Part shown: piece by piece, positions 58,471 through 64,000 of the stretch
Position numbering within the stretch: the stretch's first letter is position 1
Layout of the letters: each line of letters opens with the position of its first letter
Origin: a virus
Lineage: Duplodnaviria; Caudoviricetes
Direction: 5' to 3' (one strand)
Virus record (IMG/VR): IMGVR_UViG_3300037634_004069
Coordinates: 14,763 to 78,762 of that record
Length of the DNA: 64,000 bases
Position numbers and translations under genes: made by a program
The notes under the pieces: model-generated
Database searches by the model: none
What the model was told of the DNA's origin: nothing
What the model saw: only the letters and a program-made list of their open reading frames with translations

Positions 58471-59442
58471 TTATTTTTTCTTTCTTTCTGTAATTGTAAA
58501 TCTTGCACCATCAAAATCATAAGGTATCATACCTAACATACCGTCTCTATTTTTCTCAATGTGTACAGCCATAAGGCTTTTAGGGTCTTCTCCACAATAC
58601 GAAGCTGTAATACCATATAAATCAAAAGGTCGTTGTATCATAGCTACAACATGTGCATCTTGACCTATACTGTCACCGCCAAACAGATCTGTAAGAAGAG
58701 GTTGATATTGATTTTTAGCTCTATCATCCTTCTCTATATTTCTGTTTAATTGTGATAATAATATATTAACCACTTTAGGTTCGTTACCACCTATACTAGA
58801 CTGCATTCTCATACAAGCTTTAGAAAGGTTATTAAGTCTTTCTAATTCTATTGCAGCTTTGTCATCCGGAACTAACCTTGAATGGTCAATAAGATTAATA
58901 ACAAGCGTATCGGGAGAACTGGTAGCGAATTTTTGACAAGATTGTTCTATGAACTTGACTGGCCTCGGATGATTCTGAAAATACACAGGGTATTTCACAA
59001 ACTGATGCACACTCTGCATGAACAATTTAAAAGAACTTTCATCTAGCGTTCTATCGACAGAGTAGAGGTCGCTCATTTGTTTACCTGTATCCTTTGACGC
59101 ACTCCTGAGTATCTGTTGATACCCCGGCATTTCAAAAGACCAATAAAAAACAACGACTTTCCTCTTATCAATATGAGCCATATCAAGAACATCAAATATC
59201 AATTGGTTGCTGAACGCAGATTTACCGCTTCCCGGGCGTCCTGCAACTACATACAATTTACCTGGTTGTAATCCTCCGAGTAAATTTCTATTAAGCCTAG
59301 GCCACTTAGTTAAAAGTATATCCCTTTCCCCTTTACGTGACTTATCTACAACTGCAATAGATTGCCTAACAGCTTTTTTAATTGGCTGAAATTGTAGCTC
59401 TTTTAATATATCAATCGAGTTGTTTGGTGTTTCTTGTTCCAT
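58471..59442 (-). CDS. dnaB: DnaB-like replicative helicase (SF4)
   Basis: AGRPGSGKS, SFEM, IDH, LSQLNR, D.IGQDA and KNRDG motifs; ATG 59442 preferred over the track's 59463. Confidence 0.9.
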   Translation of the reverse strand: MEQETPNNSIDILKELQFQPIKKAVRQSIAVVDKSRKGERDILLTKWPRLNRNLLGGLQPGKLYVVAGRPGSGKSAFSNQLIFDVLDMAHIDKRKVVVFYWSFEMPGYQQILRSASKDTGKQMSDLYSVDRTLDESSFKLFMQSVHQFVKYPVYFQNHPRPVKFIEQSCQKFATSSPDTLVINLIDHSRLVPDDKAAIELERLNNLSKACMRMQSSIGGNEPKVVNILLSQLNRNIEKDDRAKNQYQPLLTDLFGGDSIGQDAHVVAMIQRPFDLYGITASYCGEDPKSLMAVHIEKNRDGMLGMIPYDFDGARFTITERKKK

Positions 59443-59962
59443 CTTGTTCTTCCATATTATCAAATCCTTCCCATTTCTCCCAAGTACGCGAGTTTACCCA
59501 TACTTCTAGCATTTGCATATATTGCAAACTGTCCCTTTGGTGAGATAATTGGACGTCTAATAGATTTATTATTTTATTATGTAAATCAGGTTTATTTTCA
59601 ACTAGCTTACGATACTTTTCTTTTACCTTTTTATTTGCTTTAGCATCTGGATTTGCTGCATGTAGTATTCTGTACTTGCCTTTGTGTCCTACTTTTATAG
59701 GATATTTAGACAACAATTCACAGAACATACGATCAAAATCCCCTTCAATAAGGTTTATAAACTTTTTTCGTATAGCTATGTTTTTAGACACAAGCTCTTT
59801 ACCAGTTATTTTAATGTAACCGTCTTCTTCGAGCTTTTTTAGATTCATTTTTAGAGATTTAAATGGTATAGATATATTGTAATACTTAGCATACAGGTAT
59901 ACATACTCATTAGGTTGTAAACTGTGTAATGCTAAAAAATCCATATTAATCTCAATAACCAT
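59411..59962 (-). CDS. Putative replication initiator / helicase-loader-like protein
   Basis: N-terminal wHTH-like LKKLEEDGYI; C-terminal F..L...YP.KVG...W.N...WE pattern; directly upstream of dnaB. Confidence 0.45.
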   Translation of the reverse strand: MVIEINMDFLALHSLQPNEYVYLYAKYYNISIPFKSLKMNLKKLEEDGYIKITGKELVSKNIAIRKKFINLIEGDFDRMFCELLSKYPIKVGHKGKYRILHAANPDAKANKKVKEKYRKLVENKPDLHNKIINLLDVQLSHQRDSLQYMQMLEVWVNSRTWEKWEGFDNMEEQDGTRNTKQLD

Positions 59963-60152
59963 TTTTAATTAGCTTTTTTTCATATAAATAAATATTAGGT
60001 TTAAATTCTTCTTCAAATCTGTACTCATCCCAGATTATATTATTACTCATATTCCTTGCAATATTTACGAGTGTTTTTAACTGAGTAGAGTTTGTGCTCC
60101 TGTAAAATTCTAAAGGTTTAGAGATATTACAAGAACTGTTCGTTCGCTTCAT
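59952..60152 (-). CDS. Hypothetical protein
   Basis: 66-aa ORF filling the gap between the helicase and the initiator-like gene. Confidence 0.4.
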   Translation of the reverse strand: MKRTNSSCNISKPLEFYRSTNSTQLKTLVNIARNMSNNIIWDEYRFEEEFKPNIYLYEKKLIKNGY

Positions 60153-61428
60153 CTAAGTTATCTTGAGGTAATACTACATCTTTTCCTATAGGCTCTAAAA
60201 CTTCTTCATCTTTAACAAAATAGTCTTTACCCAATATCCAAGAAACATTCTGGGTTGGTGTATTACGCAAAGCATTCTCAAGCCATTTCTGCTCTTGAGA
60301 GTTTACTACATACATAATAACAACCTTACCTGTCTTCTTAGGATTCTTAGGATCAATTCTTACAAGCCTACCCACCCTTTGAATCATAGTGAGAGCTTTA
60401 CTTGTAAGACCACATATAATACCTATAGTAGCATCAGGAATATCAAGTCCCTGATTAAGAGCTTTAGTACTGCATAATATATTAGACTTACCACTTTTAA
60501 AGCTTTCTAAAGCCTCGTTATTTTGCTTTTTAGTCTTCCTAGAATGATAAACAACTGCTCCAGGAATAAAATCGGACAACATATCAGTAAAATTATTATC
60601 ACCACCAAACACCAAACTCCTACCTGGATTAGAGCCTGTAAAAGCCTCTGCAGCTGGAATTTTGTTTTCGGCATGATCTACTATCTTCTTACGTTGTCTT
60701 ATAGCTCTATAAAAACCTAAAGCAGCCTCTATATCATGTTGTTGATAAGCTCTTTTGTTAGCAAGAACAGCCTTAGCTTGGTCAAAAGCATTGAACCCGC
60801 CTAACATTCCTTTCCAATACCCAAAATTAGCATTTACAGTCTTGTATTTCTTCTTTTCTTCATCAGAAAGTTCTACCCCTATACATGTAATATGATAAGG
60901 GGCAACAAAACCTTGCTTTACACACTCATCCAAAGTTATTTCATAAACCACTTTAGCAAGTTTTATTAATCTACTGTGGTAAACAGTATCTTCAGGTAAT
61001 GTAGCAGTACAGAATGCCAAAGGCACACCTACACTCTTAGCTTCAGTATAAAATTTCATACACTTATCTGTAAGACCAAGGTGAACTTCATCGCACACAA
61101 CCATTTCATAGTCAGATGCTTTTAGCTTACCTATAGATGCATAGCATTCAAACTGTAACATCTCTTCACATATAATAGCAGATGTCTTTTTACCTACCAG
61201 CTTATCAAACTCATCTCGGAACCTATCTTTCAAGTGATCAAAAGGAACAAGTACAAGAGCTTTTAAACCTCTATCTCCGTCTAGCTTATTAAGAATAGCA
61301 CTAACCATTACTCTAGTTTTACCAAAGCCGGTCCCTGCTATAACAGAACCATTGTAACCATTTTCTATAAGGGCTTGTACAGCTTTATCTTGAGCTATAT
61401 CCCTATCTGTCATTATTACTTTTTCCAT
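60127..61428 (-). CDS. Superfamily 2 (DExH) helicase
   Basis: AGTGFGKT, VVCDEVH, TAT, LNQGLDIP and QRVGRLVR motifs. Confidence 0.9.
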   Translation of the reverse strand: MEKVIMTDRDIAQDKAVQALIENGYNGSVIAGTGFGKTRVMVSAILNKLDGDRGLKALVLVPFDHLKDRFRDEFDKLVGKKTSAIICEEMLQFECYASIGKLKASDYEMVVCDEVHLGLTDKCMKFYTEAKSVGVPLAFCTATLPEDTVYHSRLIKLAKVVYEITLDECVKQGFVAPYHITCIGVELSDEEKKKYKTVNANFGYWKGMLGGFNAFDQAKAVLANKRAYQQHDIEAALGFYRAIRQRKKIVDHAENKIPAAEAFTGSNPGRSLVFGGDNNFTDMLSDFIPGAVVYHSRKTKKQNNEALESFKSGKSNILCSTKALNQGLDIPDATIGIICGLTSKALTMIQRVGRLVRIDPKNPKKTGKVVIMYVVNSQEQKWLENALRNTPTQNVSWILGKDYFVKDEEVLEPIGKDVVLPQDNLDEANEQFL

Positions 61429-63347
61429 TTGTCTGAAATTTCTGTATCCGCCTTAAGCAGACCGTTAGTTATAATAAGATTTGCAGCTTTCTCCATGAGA
61501 GCTGTCATTTGATCTTTCCAAGTGTCAGAGTAGTCTTCCCTGCAAATAGTATCAATCTGATCATGTACAGTCATTACTAATTTGACTGGTAAATCATTCT
61601 CTAATATTTCTTTGCGGATAAGATGCAATGCATACTTAGTCATATCTGCAGAAGTACCTTGTATAGGTGTGTTTTTACCCGCACGACCTATAGTAGATGC
61701 TAAAGCACTGTTAGATGGGTTATACTGCATGTTAGGATACCAACCAGGAAAGAATCTCTTCCTACCAAAAGGTTTGAATGTCCGTGCATACCCACGCTTT
61801 AAACTACTTTGTTCTAATGTTGTTAAGAATGCCTCTATACTAGGGAACTCTGTAAAATACTTTTGGATAAGCTTTTTAGCATCACCAAGAGATATCTCAA
61901 GAGTACCTGCAAGTTTATTAGGTCCCATACCATAGGCTAAACCAAAATTGATTCCCTTAACATTAGTCCTAAGTTTCTTATGTTCTGGACAGTTACACTT
62001 CTGTTTTTCAATATCTACAGCTACAGTTACACCCTCATCTGTTATGTCTTGCGCAGGCATAAAATAATCACAACCTTCTGCAGCTGCATCATCCCACTTA
62101 CTACCATATACAAGAGCAGCACACACAGAGTGTAAGTCTTGACTTTTCTCAAGTGCCTCAAGCCATACAGGATCCTGAGAACCATAAGCTATGACATTCA
62201 ACTCCTGAGAGCTATAGTCACTAGATACAAATACCCATCCTTCAGGTGCTATGAAACAGTTCCTGAACTTATTATCAGCAGGTATCTGCTGCATATTAGG
62301 TTTACTACTTGAAACACGACCTGTGTTAAGTATCTGCCTAAAAGAGGTATGTATTTTGCCGTCTGTCAGTCTCATATCAAGAAATTCTTTCCCATAAGAA
62401 GAGACTATTTTGCCCTTCTCCTTATAGGAAATGTACTTAGATATAATGGGGTGTTTAGATCTATGAATATACAAATTTTTACCGTTAACATCCTCAAGAT
62501 CAGGTATTACCTTTTGCATAACTTTCAACACTTGCGTCGGAGAAGTCCAAAGAACATCAAGCTTTCTTTCCATCTCAAATAGGTCAGCTTGTATATATGT
62601 AGGAACTACATCTTTAAATATAGAATCAGATAAAACAATGTCATCTAATTCTAACTCGCTCTCTACAAGAGCCTTTGATGTATCCTCACTTATGTTTAAC
62701 CATGCTTCACAATCAATGTCTAAGCCATTGTACTCAATATCAGCAAATGCAAGGCATGCATGATTCTCAAGCTTTAGAGTACTCATTAAAGACTTCTTAG
62801 ATAGGTCTTCTTTCTGCTGTTCTACGATTTTTAGTAGATTACAAACATCCTGAGCACCGTATACTATTTGCTTATCTGTAAAAGGTTGACCAGTCATACC
62901 TATAAATAGGTTTCTAGTGCTTTTATCTAGCACAATGCCTAACCGGCGTTCACAAACAGCTGCAAGACTATTAGAAAGATCTGTCTTACCACAGTTAAGA
63001 ACTTGCTCTGCAAGCATTGTATCCCATGTTTTACCTACGGTTATACCTTCGTTCTTAAGAAATTTATAATCAAACTTAGTATTGTGAAATACTATAGTTT
63101 TATTAGAGTTTTCTATAATAGGCTTTAAAGGTGACACATCTATAACTCGAGTATCTATTACAAACTGAAGATCATTATCTCCAATTTGAAGCATAATCAT
63201 CTTCTTACCTGTAAAATCTAATCCTGTAGTCTCTGTATCACATCCAAGGATGTCTTTACTTGCGCAGTACTCTGCACATTCTTGTATAGTAGCCGTAGAT
63301 AGATCTGAAAAGTTTCTATCAGGGCCAATGAATCTTACTGTTTCCAT
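61416..63347 (-). CDS. polA: Family A DNA polymerase with 3'-5' exonuclease
   Basis: ExoI DTETTG, ExoII HNTKFD, motif A SDYSSQEL, motif B R...KGINFGLAYG, motif C VHDQ. Confidence 0.93.
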   Translation of the reverse strand: METVRFIGPDRNFSDLSTATIQECAEYCASKDILGCDTETTGLDFTGKKMIMLQIGDNDLQFVIDTRVIDVSPLKPIIENSNKTIVFHNTKFDYKFLKNEGITVGKTWDTMLAEQVLNCGKTDLSNSLAAVCERRLGIVLDKSTRNLFIGMTGQPFTDKQIVYGAQDVCNLLKIVEQQKEDLSKKSLMSTLKLENHACLAFADIEYNGLDIDCEAWLNISEDTSKALVESELELDDIVLSDSIFKDVVPTYIQADLFEMERKLDVLWTSPTQVLKVMQKVIPDLEDVNGKNLYIHRSKHPIISKYISYKEKGKIVSSYGKEFLDMRLTDGKIHTSFRQILNTGRVSSSKPNMQQIPADNKFRNCFIAPEGWVFVSSDYSSQELNVIAYGSQDPVWLEALEKSQDLHSVCAALVYGSKWDDAAAEGCDYFMPAQDITDEGVTVAVDIEKQKCNCPEHKKLRTNVKGINFGLAYGMGPNKLAGTLEISLGDAKKLIQKYFTEFPSIEAFLTTLEQSSLKRGYARTFKPFGRKRFFPGWYPNMQYNPSNSALASTIGRAGKNTPIQGTSADMTKYALHLIRKEILENDLPVKLVMTVHDQIDTICREDYSDTWKDQMTALMEKAANLIITNGLLKADTEISDKWKK

Positions 63348-63567
63348 TTCCCGGGATTTTAGGTATCTCTACCAATTCATATTCACAACCATTATCGGTG
63401 TTATCATTAAACACTTTTACTAAACCTTCAATAAAAGTTCTATCATCGCTTTCAAGAATTTCATCTCCTAACACAATCATTACTCTTGAATATTTACTAT
63501 CTGTAGGTAAATGTTTTACAATAGCATAGCTATATTCCCTCTGTTTAATTTTTGATAGTTCGTCCAT
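63319..63567 (-). CDS. Hypothetical protein
   Basis: ATG 63567 overlaps the upstream TGA (TGATG) and is preferred to the track's TTG start. Confidence 0.5.
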   Translation of the reverse strand: MDELSKIKQREYSYAIVKHLPTDSKYSRVMIVLGDEILESDDRTFIEGLVKVFNDNTDNGCEYELVEIPKIPGNGNSKIHWP

Positions 63568-63701
63568 CAATTCCAATATTTAATTATTGTTACTATTAAT
63601 ATTGTACTCATTACATTCATCATAAAGAAAAATGGAAACCCATATTTCTTTAGTATAAGAGTATTTCTAAGTGCTATTCTACGTTTTTGGAACATTTTCA
63701 T
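63567..63701 (-). CDS. Small 44-aa membrane protein not in the ORF track
   Basis: Manual translation MKMFQKRRIALRNTLILKKYGFPFFFMMNVMSTILIVTIIKYWN*; starts 3 nt after the upstream stop and its TGA overlaps the next ATG. Confidence 0.6.
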   Translation of the reverse strand: MKMFQKRRIALRNTLILKKYGFPFFFMMNVMSTILIVTIIKYWN

Positions 63702-63704
63702 TAT

Positions 63705-63995
63705 CTATATATTATTAAGGTTATAAGCAACATCGGTTATCCATTGTTCGTATTCTTCATAAGTCTCATCATGATTAGGTTTGGGGAATACAATATGCAA
63801 TAGTTCGTGTATAATATCTTCTTCCTTTAGTTCTCTGTCGTGATATATAACAGCTTTTTTATTGTCGAAGTTTCTTTCTATACCTACAAAATATTTATGC
63901 CCATTGTATTCAATAGAAACATTTTTAAGATCGAGTAGTTTTGTTGTTATATCCCACTCTTTAATTCTTAATATATGTTGCCATTTTTTAATCAT
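63705..63995 (-). CDS. Small HExxH zinc metallopeptidase-like protein
   Basis: IIHELLHIV motif preceded by a beta-strand (AVIY). Confidence 0.55.
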   Translation of the reverse strand: MIKKWQHILRIKEWDITTKLLDLKNVSIEYNGHKYFVGIERNFDNKKAVIYHDRELKEEDIIHELLHIVFPKPNHDETYEEYEQWITDVAYNLNNI

Positions 63996-64000
63996 ACATC

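Noticed and set aside
1-64000. Alternative genetic code (TAG or TGA reassignment, known in some crAss-like phages)
   Set aside because: ORFs up to 14 kb are intact in code 11, and TAG (16075, 63705) and TGA (ATGA/TGATG overlaps) act as stops at tight gene junctions.
1-64000. tRNA, CRISPR array, DGR reverse transcriptase, integrase, introns or inteins, terminase, portal and lysis genes
   Set aside because: None recognised by eye. The intergenic gaps are nearly all too short, and the MCP, RNAP, DnaB and PolA reading frames are uninterrupted. Terminase and portal probably lie upstream of the window.

Overview
The whole 64 kb window is an AT-rich, gene-dense segment of a crAss-like (Crassvirales-type) phage genome in the standard genetic code. 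A Bacteroidota host is inferred from A-rich start regions lacking Shine-Dalgarno motifs, TAnnTTTG-type promoter boxes and SprB-like repeats. The + strand (1-48031) is the virion module: a 5'-truncated internal protein, putative scaffold, major capsid protein, ring/hub/fibre/muzzle tail genes, cargo proteins, a 4696-aa virion RNA polymerase polyprotein (DFDID catalytic motif, HExxH zincin) and a 1628-aa cargo protein with a PD-(D/E)xK nuclease. The - strand (48028-64000) is the replication module: 5'-3' exonuclease, rIIA/rIIB, endonuclease, primase, SSB, MazG, AAA ATPase, DnaB, SF2 helicase and family A polymerase. The most unusual observations are: (1) two different ADP-ribosyltransferase-like domains inserted in tandem just after the RNAP catalytic loop; (2) a GG-x-LPKY-x-x-G peptide motif repeated in two unlinked virion proteins, where it separates modules and may be a packaging or cleavage tag; (3) a mosaic adhesin-like tail protein; (4) a very acidic 69-aa gene isolated behind a terminator (DNA-mimic candidate); (5) a PolA with HDQ in motif C and a Cys/His insertion; (6) a 44-aa membrane ORF missed by the ORF track. 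No tRNA, rRNA, CRISPR array, integrase, intron or intein was recognised. All homology calls come from motif recognition and gene order, not from database searches.
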